Source: an uncultured delta proteobacterium
Lineage (GTDB): Bacteria > Desulfobacterota > Desulfobacteria > Desulfobacterales > UBA2156
Length of the DNA stretch: 64,000 nucleotides
Direction of reading: 5' to 3'
NCBI GenBank assembly: GCA_963736855.1
Contig: CAVTQK010000009.1
Location: 128,001-192,000, forward strand
This document shows positions 51,572 through 62,832 of this stretch, in pieces. The notes under the pieces are model-generated. The model was not told the origin of the DNA. It ran no database searches and was given only the letters and a program-made list of their open reading frames with translations. Position 1 is the stretch's first letter. Every line of letters starts with the position of its first letter. Made by a program: the position numbers and the translations under genes.

Positions 51572-54235
51572 TCAGCGGATAATCTCCTGGATGCGTCTTA
51601 GATTTGTTTCGAGCTTCAGATGTCGTTCAGCCATAAGCTCGCGCTTCTCTTCAACCTTTTTTACGATTTCCGGAGGTGCTTTCCTCAAGAAATCCTCGTT
51701 GTTGAGCTTTGCGGATAGAGTTCCCATCTCGCCGGTCAGTTTGCCGATCTCCTTTTCGAGTCGTTGGCCTTCCTTGGAAAAATCGACCACGCCCTCCAGG
51801 AGCGTGAAGACCGTGGCACCATCCACAACCGTGATGGCCGCCATTTTAGGCTTCGGGCCATCGACAGACAGAGAAAGTTCTTTCAGTTTGGCCAGGTTAA
51901 CGAGGATATCCCGATGATCCTGAAGGGAATCCAACAACTCTGCGTCATTGGCATGTATCACGACTTCGAGAGGCATAGAGGGTGGAAGCCCCATCTCTCC
52001 GCGAACATTACGCACCCCGGAAACGATCTCCATGATACGAATCATCCGACTTTCCGATGACGGATCGAAAAATGCATCGGTCGGATCCTTTGAATCTCCC
52101 GGGAACCGGGCCTTCATGATGGAACCCGTTACACCGGGAAGCTTGTTCCAGATCTCTTCTGAGATAAAAGGCGCAAAGGGATGGAGCAGGATCATCACTT
52201 CACCCAGGACATGGTACAAAACAGCCTGGGTCTCGAGTTTTTTCTTTTCATTAACTTTCCCGTAGAGAACCGGCTTGACGATTTCGATGTACCAGTCGCA
52301 GAACTCATGCCAGACAAACTGGTAAAGAATCCCCGCACCATCATTAAAACGATAAGTGTCCAGCGCCTCGGCGATTTCCCCGGCAACGCGGTTCTTCCGG
52401 GATAGGATCCATCGATCGGGAAGGGAAAGTGTTTCCGGATCCGAAACAGGTAACTCCTTTTCGATGTGCATTAGGGAAAATCTCGCCGCGTTCCAGAGTT
52501 TGTTCATGAAGTGTCGATAACCTTCCACGCGTTTTTCAGACATCTTGATGTCTCTCCCCTGTGCTGCAAAGGCCACCAGGGTGAAGCGAAACGCGTCGGT
52601 GCCATACTGTTCGATGATGTCGATGGGGTCGATAACGTTGCCCGAAGATTTGCTCATTTTCTTCCCCATCTCGTCGCGTACCAACGCATGAACATAGACA
52701 TCATGGAAAGGGACCTCTTTCATGAAATGAAGACCCATCATCATCATCCGCGCCACCCAGAAAAAGAGGATGTCGAAACCGGTGACGAGAACGGATGTGG
52801 GGTAAAACGTCTTCAGAAGAGGGTTTTCCTCGGGCCATCCCATGGTGGAAAAGGGCCACAGCGCAGAGGAAAACCAGGTGTCCAGCACATCGGTCTCCTG
52901 AACCAAGCGGTCGGACCCGCAAGAAAGGCACCTTGCAGGTGTTTCCATTGCTACCGTCACTTCCTCGCAGGATGCGCAGGTCCAGGCAGGGATTTGGTGC
53001 CCCCACCAGATCTGGCGTGAAATGCACCAGTCCTTTATATTACGCATCCAGTCGAAATAGGTCTTGGTCCAGACCTCCGGTATGATGCGGGTCTTTCCGG
53101 TTTCAACCGCAGCAATGGCTTTTTCCGCCAAAGTTTTGGTCCGGACAAACCATTGCCTGGAGAGATTCGGTTCGATGAGGGTGCGGCAACGGTAACAATG
53201 CCCGATGCCGTGCTGATAGGGCTCCATTTTTTCGAGCAGCCCCTCTTTCTTAAGCGCCTCCACAACGGCTTTCCGGCAGGCAAACCGGTCCATTCCAACA
53301 AACCGACCTGCCTCTTTTGTCATGATGCCGTCGTCTCCGATGACTTTAACGGAGGCAAGATTGTGTCGAGCGCCGATATCGAAGTCGTTGGGATCGTGGG
53401 CCGGGGTGATCTTGAGGGCACCGGTGCCGAAGGCACGGTCCACGTAATCGTCCTTGATGATGGGCAGTATCCTTCCGACCAGGGGGAGGCGAACAGCGGC
53501 AAAAGGCAGATTTTGATATCTTTCATCCTCAGGGTTGACGGCCACGGCCGTATCTCCCAGCATGGTCTCCGGCCGCGTGGTGACGACCACTAAACCTCCC
53601 TCGCCGGTCTCGGACGGATATCGGACATGGTAGAGGTGTCCTTCGTGCACTTCGTGTTCCACTTCTAAATCCGCCAGTGCCGTCCGGCATCTGGGGCACC
53701 AGTTGATGATATAGTCGCCGCGATAAATCATTCCTTCCCGGTAAAGCTCCACGAAAACCTTGCGCACAGCTCGGGAGAGTCCCTCATCCATGGTGAACCG
53801 TTCACGCTTCCAATCGCAGGACGCACCCAGACGTTTTAGCTGGTTGATGATGGCGCTCCCGTATTTTTTCCGCCACGCCCAGACCGCCTCGATGAATTTC
53901 TCCCTTCCCAGCCGATGGCGATCCGTTCCTTCCTCGGCGAGTTTCTTTTCAACCACATTCTGGGTGGCGATTCCCGCATGATCGGTGCCGGGCATCCATA
54001 GGACATTATCCCCGCGCAACCTCCGATAGCGGCAAAGCACGTCCTGCAGGGTGTTGTTAAGGGCATGCCCCATGTGGAGGACCCCTGTCACATTAGGCGG
54101 GGGGATCACGATGGAGTAAGCAGGCGCTGAGGATTTCTCTTTTGCCTCAAACAATCCCTCTTCTTCCCAAAAGGCATACCAGCGCTTTTCCACAGCATGC
54201 GGATCATAACTCTTTTCTAGCATATTGATACTCAT
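51572..54235 (-). CDS. valS: Valine--tRNA ligase
   Basis: PPPNVTGVLHMGH, DHAGIATQ, WCISRQIWWGH, KMSKS, C-terminal coiled coil. Confidence 0.98.
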   Translation of the reverse strand: MSINMLEKSYDPHAVEKRWYAFWEEEGLFEAKEKSSAPAYSIVIPPPNVTGVLHMGHALNNTLQDVLCRYRRLRGDNVLWMPGTDHAGIATQNVVEKKLAEEGTDRHRLGREKFIEAVWAWRKKYGSAIINQLKRLGASCDWKRERFTMDEGLSRAVRKVFVELYREGMIYRGDYIINWCPRCRTALADLEVEHEVHEGHLYHVRYPSETGEGGLVVVTTRPETMLGDTAVAVNPEDERYQNLPFAAVRLPLVGRILPIIKDDYVDRAFGTGALKITPAHDPNDFDIGARHNLASVKVIGDDGIMTKEAGRFVGMDRFACRKAVVEALKKEGLLEKMEPYQHGIGHCYRCRTLIEPNLSRQWFVRTKTLAEKAIAAVETGKTRIIPEVWTKTYFDWMRNIKDWCISRQIWWGHQIPAWTCASCEEVTVAMETPARCLSCGSDRLVQETDVLDTWFSSALWPFSTMGWPEENPLLKTFYPTSVLVTGFDILFFWVARMMMMGLHFMKEVPFHDVYVHALVRDEMGKKMSKSSGNVIDPIDIIEQYGTDAFRFTLVAFAAQGRDIKMSEKRVEGYRHFMNKLWNAARFSLMHIEKELPVSDPETLSLPDRWILSRKNRVAGEIAEALDTYRFNDGAGILYQFVWHEFCDWYIEIVKPVLYGKVNEKKKLETQAVLYHVLGEVMILLHPFAPFISEEIWNKLPGVTGSIMKARFPGDSKDPTDAFFDPSSESRMIRIMEIVSGVRNVRGEMGLPPSMPLEVVIHANDAELLDSLQDHRDILVNLAKLKELSLSVDGPKPKMAAITVVDGATVFTLLEGVVDFSKEGQRLEKEIGKLTGEMGTLSAKLNNEDFLRKAPPEIVKKVEEKRELMAERHLKLETNLRRIQEIIR

Positions 54236-54637
54236 AGAGCTTCACTCCCGTTCATCCGGTAAAAAATCCCGGCCAAACGGATGGATTCCATGAATCTGAT
54301 CATTTTCATATTCCCTCTTTTTACCACGCCGCCGTCAAGAAACCTCTCTGACGAAGCCTCTCTTTTCCCGGGTCATGGCGTGGTCGTTGATATCAAGGCA
54401 TCTTTTTAGGGGTAAACCTCCACCGCACTCCGTATCGGGTTTTCAAATCTCTCCGCCTCGAGGTTTCCTAGGATCTGGTCGGGTCACCGGGATAATTCAG
54501 CTTGTCCATATCAACGATAAATCCGTTAAAATGAATCGAAAAATGCTATCAAAGAGACTTTTTGGTGTCAAGGTATTTGCTTTTTGAACTCGTTCCCTGT
54601 TAATTTACCTGTCACTGTTTCGTTTAGGAAATTAGCC

Positions 54638-55393
54638 ATGCGCCGCTTTTTCATTTCACCGGAAGAACTCAATGCAAACCCTCCAGCCATAAGCGGTCCA
54701 GAGGCCACCCACATCACAGCCGTGCTTCGCATGAAGGTGGGTCAACGGGTCACTCTGTTCGATGGAACCGGTCGCGATTACGATGCGGCAATCCTTTCTA
54801 TGTCTAAAAAGCGCGTGGTATTTCGGATTTTGGGACAGGGTTCTTTCCCCGGAAAGCCATTCGCTCCCGTCACCATCGCCCAGGCCTTGCTTAAAGACGG
54901 GAAGATGGACCTCTTGGTCAGGCAGCTAACCGAACTGGGAATTTTCGAACTGCTCCCCTTTTCCTCCGAACGCTCCGTTGCCAACCCTGATCCGGTACGC
55001 ATGGCCACCCGTCGAAACCGATGGGAAAAGATCGTGCTTGAGGCCATGAAACAGTGCGGAAGAAATATACCGCTACACATCGGGCCCTACACTTCTTTCC
55101 CGGAAATACTTGTCCAGGGAAATCAATTTGTCCACAAGATCCTTTTTTGGGAAAAAGGGGAAACACCCCTGCAATTCCCATCCCCGTCATTTCAGAATGA
55201 AACCGGACTTGTTCTTGCCGTCCTGGGTCCGGAGGGCGGCTTCAGCGATCGGGAAGTGTCTTGTGCCCGGGAATACGGATTCGTTACGGCATCCCTCGGG
55301 CCCCGCATTTTGAAGGCCGAGACCGCTGCGGTGGCCGCCTCGGCCATCCTCCAATATCTGTTCGGAGATTTATTCCCGAAGGGTCTTTCTTAA
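54638..55393 (+). CDS. rsmE: 16S rRNA m3U1498 methyltransferase
   Basis: MRRFF...HITAVLRM, TELG, EAMKQCGR, LGPEGGFS, LGPRILKAETA. Confidence 0.95.
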   Translation: MRRFFISPEELNANPPAISGPEATHITAVLRMKVGQRVTLFDGTGRDYDAAILSMSKKRVVFRILGQGSFPGKPFAPVTIAQALLKDGKMDLLVRQLTELGIFELLPFSSERSVANPDPVRMATRRNRWEKIVLEAMKQCGRNIPLHIGPYTSFPEILVQGNQFVHKILFWEKGETPLQFPSPSFQNETGLVLAVLGPEGGFSDREVSCAREYGFVTASLGPRILKAETAAVAASAILQYLFGDLFPKGLS

Positions 55394-55420
55394 TTTAGTA
55401 TGCTTTTCTTCGTGCCTCTT

Positions 55421-55442
55421 TACCCTGCAGTTGCAGCAGGGT
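55421..55442 (+). repeat. Dispersed intergenic repeat, copy 4 (collapsed)
   Basis: TACCCTGCAGTTGCA joined directly to GCAGGGT; the first 15 nt are identical to 44441. Confidence 0.55.
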
Positions 55443-55517
55443 TTATCGTTGACATCTCTTAAGGCCATTGTTAATGTAAAATTATAATGGTTTCATGATG
55501 ATAGGGAGGAAGCACCC

Positions 55518-55958
55518 ATGTACGGTCTGACTGCTTGGAAGGAAAATGAAATCAACCGGCTGCGTAAAGACCTGGATGCCATTTTCAAAAGGCGCTGCAA
55601 GGACTTTGGGATTCCGATTTTCATCGAAGGCATGGAAATACTCTTCGATTTAGCGGAAACCGACACCGAGCTGATCCTAAGCGCGCAGATTCCCGGAATC
55701 CGTCCGGAAAACATTGACATTTCTGCCTCAGATGACAGCATCACCATTGAGGCCACGTCCCAATCCCGAAACGTTACGGAAAACAGGCAGTTCCGAAAAA
55801 TCGAAGAACAATCCAATACGTTCAGGCGCCGCATTGCCCTGCCGGTCCGTGTCAGAGTCGAAGACATCAAGGCCGTTTACGAAAACCAGAGCTTAAAGAT
55901 CGTCATTCCAAAATGCGACTCATCCAGAAGACGCAGCATCAAACTTCAGGTCCGATAG
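55518..55958 (+). CDS. Hsp20/alpha-crystallin small heat-shock protein
   Basis: DLAETD..LILSAQIPGI..ENIDI, F.RRIALP..V..EDIKAVYEN..LKIVIPK. Confidence 0.88.
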   Translation: MYGLTAWKENEINRLRKDLDAIFKRRCKDFGIPIFIEGMEILFDLAETDTELILSAQIPGIRPENIDISASDDSITIEATSQSRNVTENRQFRKIEEQSNTFRRRIALPVRVRVEDIKAVYENQSLKIVIPKCDSSRRRSIKLQVR

Positions 55959-55997
55959 CACGGCCTTTTTTCTTCTTTTTCAGCCCCGGTAAGGAGG

Positions 55998-58475
55998 ATG
56001 TACATGACGGATACGATTGAACGTTTTAAAGTCGCTATTGAAAACCTCAGATGGCGTCTGGACCCCAAAACACTCCCCTTTGACTCCACGGAAGAGTTAC
56101 AACCCCTCAAGGAAATCATCGGGCAGGAAAGAGGCGTTGAAGCCTTTCGCTTCGGCAGCCAGATGAAGAAGTCCGGATACCACATCTTTGTTACCGGCCA
56201 ACCGGGTTCGGGAAGACGAGCAACCGTAAAGCAACTCCTGGAAGAGATCGCCGGCGAAGAAAACCGGCCCGATGATTTGTGCTACGTCAACAATTTTCAA
56301 AACCCAGAGGCGCCGATATTGCTACGTTTGAAAGCCGGAGAAGGATCTTCCTTGAGACAAGAAGTCAAGGACTTGATCCATGTCATTAAGAGAGAGATAC
56401 CCAACCTGTTTTCCAGCGAGGAATATATCAACGCTAAAAAAGAGATCGTTGAGACTTCTGAGCGTAAAGCCAAAAACTTTTTTAAAAGCCTGGATCAAAA
56501 AGTCAAAGAGGAAGGATTCGCCCTAGTTGACATTCAGGTAGGCCAGATTAAAAGACCGGAGCTGATGCCCATAGTCGACGGTCAACCCATGCATATAGAC
56601 CAACTCGAAGAACTGACGGAAAAAGAGCGGTTTCCCAAGGAAGAATATCAGGAAAAACGGGAAAAATACGAACAACTGAAAGAGCAAATCGAGCACATCT
56701 TCAAAGAGCTGCGAGGACTTCAGAAAGAGGTCCAGGCCAATGTAGAGAAAATGGATCGGGCCGCTTTTGTAAAAACGGCATCCGATCTTACAGAACCCAT
56801 CGTCAAGAAATACGAAAATGCAAAGGTGCAGGAATACCTGGGATCCATGATTCAAGACATGGCCGATAACCTGAGCCTCTTCCAAGAGCAACCCCAGCCT
56901 CAGATCATGGGGTTTTTTCCTCTCATGCCGGAGACCGACCGTTTTGCTCCCTACGCAGTCAATGTCCTGGTCGATAACAGTAAGCAGCATAGGCCACCGA
57001 TCCTTATCGAAGAATTTCCTACTTATAAAAACATCTTTGGGAGCATCGATCGGATCGTGGACCGTTCCGGGATTTGGCGTTCTGATTTTTCGAAGATCAG
57101 GGCCGGCTCACTAGTGAAGGCAAACGGCGGTTTTCTGGTGCTTTACCTCAACGATGCCATCGTCGAACCGGGAGTCTGGCAGGGATTGAAACGAGCACTG
57201 AAAAGCAAGAAGCTGGAATTCCACACCTATGATCCATTTTACTTCTTTTCGGCCAGCGGCCTAAAACCTGAAGCCATCGACCTGGATGTGAAGGTTGTGC
57301 TCATCTCCGATTTCTATCTCTATCAGCTTCTCAGATATTATGATGCGGATGTGGGTAAAATCTTTGAGGTCAGGGCTGATTTTGCCACCATCATGGATAA
57401 AACGGATGAAAACATTACCCGCCTGACGGAATTCATCAAAACCATCACCGAAGAAGACCAGCTTCGCCCCTTTGACCGATCTGCGGCGGCGGCTCTCATA
57501 GAAGAGGCGGTGCGCATGACCGGACGACAGGAAAAAATTTCCAGCATGTTCCCGACTCTAAAGCACCTCATTCTGGAAGCCGACTATTGGGCCGGCCAGG
57601 GCGGATCCGAACGCGTTCAAGCCTCCCACGTGGATAAAGCGGTCGCCGCTAAAATCTACCGTTCAAACCTTATCGAAGAACAGATTCAGGAAATGATCAC
57701 CCGTGGAACCCTGATGATCGACGTAGACGGAAAGGCGGTAGGCCAGGTCAATGGGCTTGCAGTTTACTCTTTGGGTGATTTTTCCTTCGGCAAACCTTCA
57801 CGAATTACCGCCACCACATCCATGGGTCGGGCCGGTGTCATCAACATCGAGCGTGAAGCCGACCTTTCCGGGAACACTCACAACAAAGGTGTTCTTATCT
57901 TAAGCGGGTATCTGAGGGGGAAATATGCCCAGGACAAACCGCTGACTATGAGCGCCAGTATCGCCTTTGAACAATCTTACAGCGGGGTGGACGGTGACAG
58001 CGCCTCATCTACAGAAGTTTATTCGCTGCTCTCGAGTCTTTCCGGAGTCTCCATCCATCAGGATATCGCCGTCACCGGTTCCGTAAACCAAAAGGGGGAA
58101 GTCCAGGCCATCGGGGGTGTCAATCAGAAAATCGAGGGTTTCTTCGACTGCTGCAAGTGTTTAGGATTCACCGGAAAGCAGGGAGTGATAATCCCCAATG
58201 CCAATATCAAGGACCTAATGCTCAGAAAGGATATCGTCGAAGCGGTCAAGGAAGGCCGGTTCCACATTTATTCCGTAAAAACCATCGATGAAGGAATTGA
58301 AATCCTCACCGGTCAATCCGCCGGCGAAAAAAGAGAAGACGGCACCTTTCCTGAAGGCACCATTAATGCTCTGGTAGATAGCAAATTGAGAGCCCTTGCC
58401 GAGGGACTCAAAGAGTTCGGTACCTTTGAAGAAGGAGAAAATCGGAAGGAAAAAAAGAAAAATCATACCGACTGA
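55998..58475 (+). CDS. Lon-like protease of the LonC/AAA_32 type
   Basis: IIGQERG, degenerate Walker A GQPGSGRR, coiled-coil insertion, KANGGFL, VDGDSASS catalytic Ser, GGVNQKIEGFF Lys. Confidence 0.9.
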   Translation: MYMTDTIERFKVAIENLRWRLDPKTLPFDSTEELQPLKEIIGQERGVEAFRFGSQMKKSGYHIFVTGQPGSGRRATVKQLLEEIAGEENRPDDLCYVNNFQNPEAPILLRLKAGEGSSLRQEVKDLIHVIKREIPNLFSSEEYINAKKEIVETSERKAKNFFKSLDQKVKEEGFALVDIQVGQIKRPELMPIVDGQPMHIDQLEELTEKERFPKEEYQEKREKYEQLKEQIEHIFKELRGLQKEVQANVEKMDRAAFVKTASDLTEPIVKKYENAKVQEYLGSMIQDMADNLSLFQEQPQPQIMGFFPLMPETDRFAPYAVNVLVDNSKQHRPPILIEEFPTYKNIFGSIDRIVDRSGIWRSDFSKIRAGSLVKANGGFLVLYLNDAIVEPGVWQGLKRALKSKKLEFHTYDPFYFFSASGLKPEAIDLDVKVVLISDFYLYQLLRYYDADVGKIFEVRADFATIMDKTDENITRLTEFIKTITEEDQLRPFDRSAAAALIEEAVRMTGRQEKISSMFPTLKHLILEADYWAGQGGSERVQASHVDKAVAAKIYRSNLIEEQIQEMITRGTLMIDVDGKAVGQVNGLAVYSLGDFSFGKPSRITATTSMGRAGVINIEREADLSGNTHNKGVLILSGYLRGKYAQDKPLTMSASIAFEQSYSGVDGDSASSTEVYSLLSSLSGVSIHQDIAVTGSVNQKGEVQAIGGVNQKIEGFFDCCKCLGFTGKQGVIIPNANIKDLMLRKDIVEAVKEGRFHIYSVKTIDEGIEILTGQSAGEKREDGTFPEGTINALVDSKLRALAEGLKEFGTFEEGENRKEKKKNHTD

Positions 58476-58661
58476 TCTTTCCTGCTCAATCTCTTCCTCG
58501 AGCCTTACCCGCCCTTTTTTGTGCGATGCCTGCGGATAACCTGCCCTTTCCGCTAATCAAAGGTTACGCCCGATTGACTTTTGATCTATCTTGCTTATTT
58601 TTTATCCCAATGATCCGGATCCCTTCTATCCCTTATCAAAGGATCAAAAAGCAGGTGAATC

Positions 58662-59789
58662 GTGAAAAAACGAAGACGTTTCTTTATGGTGGCGTTATCA
58701 ATTGCCGGAGCCTTGGTTATTGGTAGCGTTGCTCTTGATAAAGCAGGTGAATCTATGGATAAAGCACTGCAAACAGAGCTTGAAAGCGCGGTTTTCGCCG
58801 GAGGTTGTTTCTGGTGCATTGAGTCGGACTTTGAAAAAGTAGCCGGCGTGATCGAAGTCTTATCCGGGTATACCGGAGGTAGCAAGGAAAATCCATCCTA
58901 TGAAGAAGTGTCGTCGGGGGGAACCGGCCATGCGGAGGCAGTCCTGGTACGATACGATCCGAAAAAAATTACTTATGAAGCGCTTCTGAAAGTCTTCTGG
59001 AGGCATATCGATCCCACCGATTCCGGGGGGCAGTTTGTGGATCAAGGAACCCAATATCGATCCGGTATATTTTATAAGGACGACTCGCAAAAACGCCTGG
59101 CAGAAAAATCCAAAAAAGAACTGGAATCCTCCGGACGATTCGATAAACCCATCGTCACCCAGATTCTCCCATTGACACACTTTTATCCGGCCGAAGACTA
59201 CCACCAGGACTACCACAAGAAAAACCCCATCCGATACACGTGGTACCGACGCGGATCCGGGAGAGATGCCTTTCTGGAAAAGACATGGAAAAAACGATGG
59301 GAGAGCGAGAATCCATCGGCCAAGACTGCTTATACCAAGCCGGGGAATGCCGAACTTCGAAAACGATTGACGCCCATGCAATACAACGTCACCCAGGAAG
59401 AGGGGACCGAACCCCCTTTTAAAAACACTTATTGGGACAATAAGAAGGCGGGCATTTACGTGGACATCGTATCCGGAGAACCGCTCTTTTCGTCTCTGGA
59501 TAAATTCGACTCCGGCACCGGCTGGCCCAGTTTTACCCGTCCCCTGGTTTCCGAAAATATCGTTGAAAAGACGGACCGCAGTCTTTTTACGGTGCGAACC
59601 GAAGTTCGCAGCAAACACGGGGACTCACACCTCGGTCATGTGTTTACCGATGGTCCGGCCCCCACCGGGCTTCGTTATTGCATCAATTCTGCGGCATTGC
59701 GGTTCATACCGGCCGAAAACCTGGAAAATGAAGGATATGATCAGTTTGTCGGCCTCTTTTCCGGCTCATCAAAGACGGCTGGGCAGTAA
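58662..59789 (+). CDS. msrAB: Exported bifunctional peptide-methionine sulfoxide reductase MsrA/MsrB
   Basis: Signal/TM N-terminus; AGGCFWC and AEDYHQDY (MsrA); [26 protein letters not shown] (MsrB). Confidence 0.95.
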   Translation: MKKRRRFFMVALSIAGALVIGSVALDKAGESMDKALQTELESAVFAGGCFWCIESDFEKVAGVIEVLSGYTGGSKENPSYEEVSSGGTGHAEAVLVRYDPKKITYEALLKVFWRHIDPTDSGGQFVDQGTQYRSGIFYKDDSQKRLAEKSKKELESSGRFDKPIVTQILPLTHFYPAEDYHQDYHKKNPIRYTWYRRGSGRDAFLEKTWKKRWESENPSAKTAYTKPGNAELRKRLTPMQYNVTQEEGTEPPFKNTYWDNKKAGIYVDIVSGEPLFSSLDKFDSGTGWPSFTRPLVSENIVEKTDRSLFTVRTEVRSKHGDSHLGHVFTDGPAPTGLRYCINSAALRFIPAENLENEGYDQFVGLFSGSSKTAGQ

Positions 59790-59797
59790 CGACGGAT

Positions 59798-61110
59798 TTA
59801 ACTCCGAAGGCTGAGGTTCCTGACACGGACCTCGGTGAAAAAGTCCACCAGGTCCTTGCGGGACAGATCCTCCGTCTCCAGGGCGAAGGCCGAAGACCGA
59901 TACAGTTCCCAGTTATCTTTAAGGGTTTCAGGCAAAAAGAGGCGATCGTATAGAGCGCTTCCCGGGGGAAGATAGAAAATCGACGGGCCGACTAAAACCT
60001 TTTGGTCAAAAAGATAGTCAATGGTATCCTGGATCTCCTTTCTGGTCTGTCCCGGAAGCCCGATGATGAGATACACGGTGATATAGAATCCGAGCCGGTG
60101 GGCTTCCCGGATGAGCGATTCTATGTGTTGACCACTCCCCGGCCTGCGGAAGATTTTCTGTAAAGCATCATCCCGGGTGACAAGAGAAAGATTGAGCCGT
60201 TGAAACCCGGCTTTTTTCATCCAAACGAGTATTTCTTCATTCAGTGTGGAATGGCACAGGCCGTTCATTGCGGTCAGCTCGACGTCCTTCAGGTCGGATT
60301 CCTTTGATACCGCCTCCAGGAAAGCGCAAAACCATTTCTGGTTAAAGGAAAGATTGTCGTCTTCGAAATTGAAAACCGATGTCTGATTCTGCACCCGGCT
60401 TGTCCGCATTTCATCGATAACCGCATTCGGATCCCGATACTCGATGCGTCGGCCGAACATGGCCGCTACACTGCAAAACTCACAGGCAAAAGGGCAGCCT
60501 CGGCTGGCGGAAAGGGAGATGTAGGCTCTTTTCCCGATTCGGTATGCCCCGCCGGAAATCAGCCCCCGGTCCGGCAAGATTTCCTTCCAGTCAATCCTCG
60601 ACGCGGCTACTCCCATTTCCTCCAGGAATCCGGGAATGCAGGTTTCCGCCGGACCGGCAAGCACCCGGTCGATGTGGGGGCAGCGCGTAAGGATCTTGTC
60701 GGCAAAAACCGTGGCATGGTTTCCGCCGATAAATACGGGAAGATCGAAATGCGCCTTGATGGCAGCCGCCACATCGGCGACACTCTTGAAATAAGCCGTA
60801 TACTGGGATGAGATGCCCACGGCATCGGGGCCAAATGACCGGATCTCCTTTAAGACCTTTTCCTCCTCAATACCGAACCGGTAGTATCCTTTAAAAAAAT
60901 AGGGGTTTTCCTTTAAAAAAGGCTCAAGATACCCAAATGTCGAGGGCAGCGGAATCCGACGTTTCTTTAGGGGATTAAGGCAATCGAGGATCCGTACATC
61001 GACACCGTTGAGCTGAAATACTTTAGCTGCATATAGAGTCCTAAAGGATAAAGACGGATGGGGGTGGTGTAGAAATCCTCAAGGGGCGGCTGGATCAAAA
61101 GGATCTTCAA
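59798..61110 (-). CDS. B12-binding-domain radical SAM protein; -1 frameshift near 61036
   Basis: TTG start MKILLIQPPLEDFYTTPIRLYPLGL|YAAK...GISSQYTAY...GGNHAT...SRGCPFACEFC...FEDDNL; 437 aa once one base is added. Confidence 0.85.
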
Positions 61111-61124
61111 GGTTCAGGCTTTTT

Positions 61125-61899
61125 CTAAGACTCTGCATTCAAGAGGGCTAAGAAGTCTTCCCACGAAGCGATTCTTGGAATTTCATCGTCGGAATTCTTC
61201 GGACTTTCGGAAAAGACTCCCGATGTAAACGGTAGACTTCTATCCCACGCATAGGTCATCCATACAGGGGACAAGTCCTGATTTCATGGCTCCGGTGAGA
61301 TCCGCTTCAGGGTCGTCTCCCACGAAAAGGATCCGTTCTTTCTTTTCTGAAAGACCCTCGGCCAAGGCATTGAAAACGCTCGAATGGGGTTTCCGGTATC
61401 CGTTCTCTCCGGAGATGACAATCGTTGTGAAATATTTGTCGATATCCAGTATCGTCAGGATTTTTCGGGCAGCCGGCGCATGGGTGAAATTGGAAAGAAG
61501 CCCTAAGGGGAAGCGCTTCTGAAGCTCTTTCAGCATCGCTTCCGTTCCGGGAATCAGTCGGACATTGGAATAAAAAGCGCTGAAATACGCTTCGACGGCT
61601 GCGGCAATCCGGGGATCATCCGGAGGAAGTCGGTTCCCCAATCGATTAAGAGTATCGCAGATCCAGAATTGATTGTGAGTCTCCTTCCCGCTTTCCCGGG
61701 AACGTTCAATATGCCAGGCAACGATCGTTGCGTAATGCTCATCGAACGCTTCCTCGTCCATATCAAACCCGCTTTGTCTTAAGCTTCGAATCAGGCGATC
61801 CATGGCTTCGTCGAGGGTATGCTCTTCGGCAAAAACCAGGGTATTGAAAAGGTCGAATCCGATCGCCCCGATGCCATCCCGGTCATTTTTAATCTTCAT
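61125..61899 (-). CDS. HAD-superfamily hydrolase; +1 frameshift in a G4 run near 61268
   Basis: FDLFNTL, LSNF, RKPH, FVGDD.EAD; removing one base restores ...GLVPVWMTY...IPRIASWEDFLALL (257 aa). Confidence 0.85.
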
Positions 61900-62788
61900 G
61901 GGTCAATCCGGCCTCCATTAAAATAGCGGCAAGCTTTTTTTTCTCATCTTCTTCTAGAGGCATCAGGGGTGACCGAACTTCGCCTCCGAAATATCCCAGC
62001 AAATCCAGGGCCGCCTTCAACCCCGCAACTCCGAAAATTGCTGTTACGGCCTTGTCCACAGGGATCATCCTGATCTGAAGGGATCTTGCCGCCTCATAAT
62101 CACCGGCCTGAGTCCGTTCGAGTATCCTTACACACGCTTCCGGTGCAATGTTGGCAAGGGCCAGAATTCCCCCGGCACACCCAAGAGAAAGTCCGCCGAA
62201 AAGCGCTCCGGCAGTCCCCACGAGAACGTTAAATCCATCCGCTGATCGGCGGAGATACTCGCCTATAAGGCTCACATCTCCCGAGCTGTCTTTGATTCCG
62301 ATGATGTTGGGATGTTCGGAAAGCCTGAAAACAAGATCCGGCGTCAATACCAGGTGAACGAATTTGGGAACATTATAAAGCAGCAAGGGGATTGCGGCCT
62401 CATCGGCTGTCTTCCGATAATGGCTATAAAGAGCCTTATCATTCATTTTGGCCCCGAAGAAGTGCGGAGGAATGACCAGGGCGGCCTTGGCGCCCAACCT
62501 GGCGCAATCGTTAGTCAGTCGAATGGTTTCCGACGTGGATTCGCATCCCGTACCGGCGATGACGAGAATGTTCTTCGGCGACACGGATACCGCAGCTTGC
62601 ATCAGTTCCCGCTTTTCCGATTCCGAAAGATAGGCGGCCTCGCCGTTCGAACCGAGAACCACGATCCCTTTGATCCCTGTTTTCGACCACCGGGTGATGT
62701 TGCTCTCCAGCTTCTCCAATGCCAATTTCCCATCGATAAACGGCGTGGCAATGGGTGGGAAAATACCCTTTAAATCGAGAGAATTCAT
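61889..62788 (-). CDS. Dihydrodipicolinate-synthase-family aldolase (4-hydroxy-2-oxoglutarate aldolase-like)
   Basis: GIFPPIATPF, GSNGE (not GTTGE), AGTGCEST, LYNVP, IGIKDSSG. Confidence 0.88.
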   Translation of the reverse strand: MNSLDLKGIFPPIATPFIDGKLALEKLESNITRWSKTGIKGIVVLGSNGEAAYLSESEKRELMQAAVSVSPKNILVIAGTGCESTSETIRLTNDCARLGAKAALVIPPHFFGAKMNDKALYSHYRKTADEAAIPLLLYNVPKFVHLVLTPDLVFRLSEHPNIIGIKDSSGDVSLIGEYLRRSADGFNVLVGTAGALFGGLSLGCAGGILALANIAPEACVRILERTQAGDYEAARSLQIRMIPVDKAVTAIFGVAGLKAALDLLGYFGGEVRSPLMPLEEDEKKKLAAILMEAGLTHED

Positions 62789-62832
62789 TCCTTAGACCTC
62801 TTTTTATTTAAGGAATCCGTGGAACGGCGGTT

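Noticed and set aside
54236..54637. Possible T-box leader or small gene upstream of valS
   Set aside because: No GGTGGNACC T-box motif or terminator/antiterminator found; frames are interrupted by stops.
55394..55517. CIRCE (HrcA) operator upstream of hsp20
   Set aside because: TTAGCACTC-N9-GAGTGCTAA is absent.
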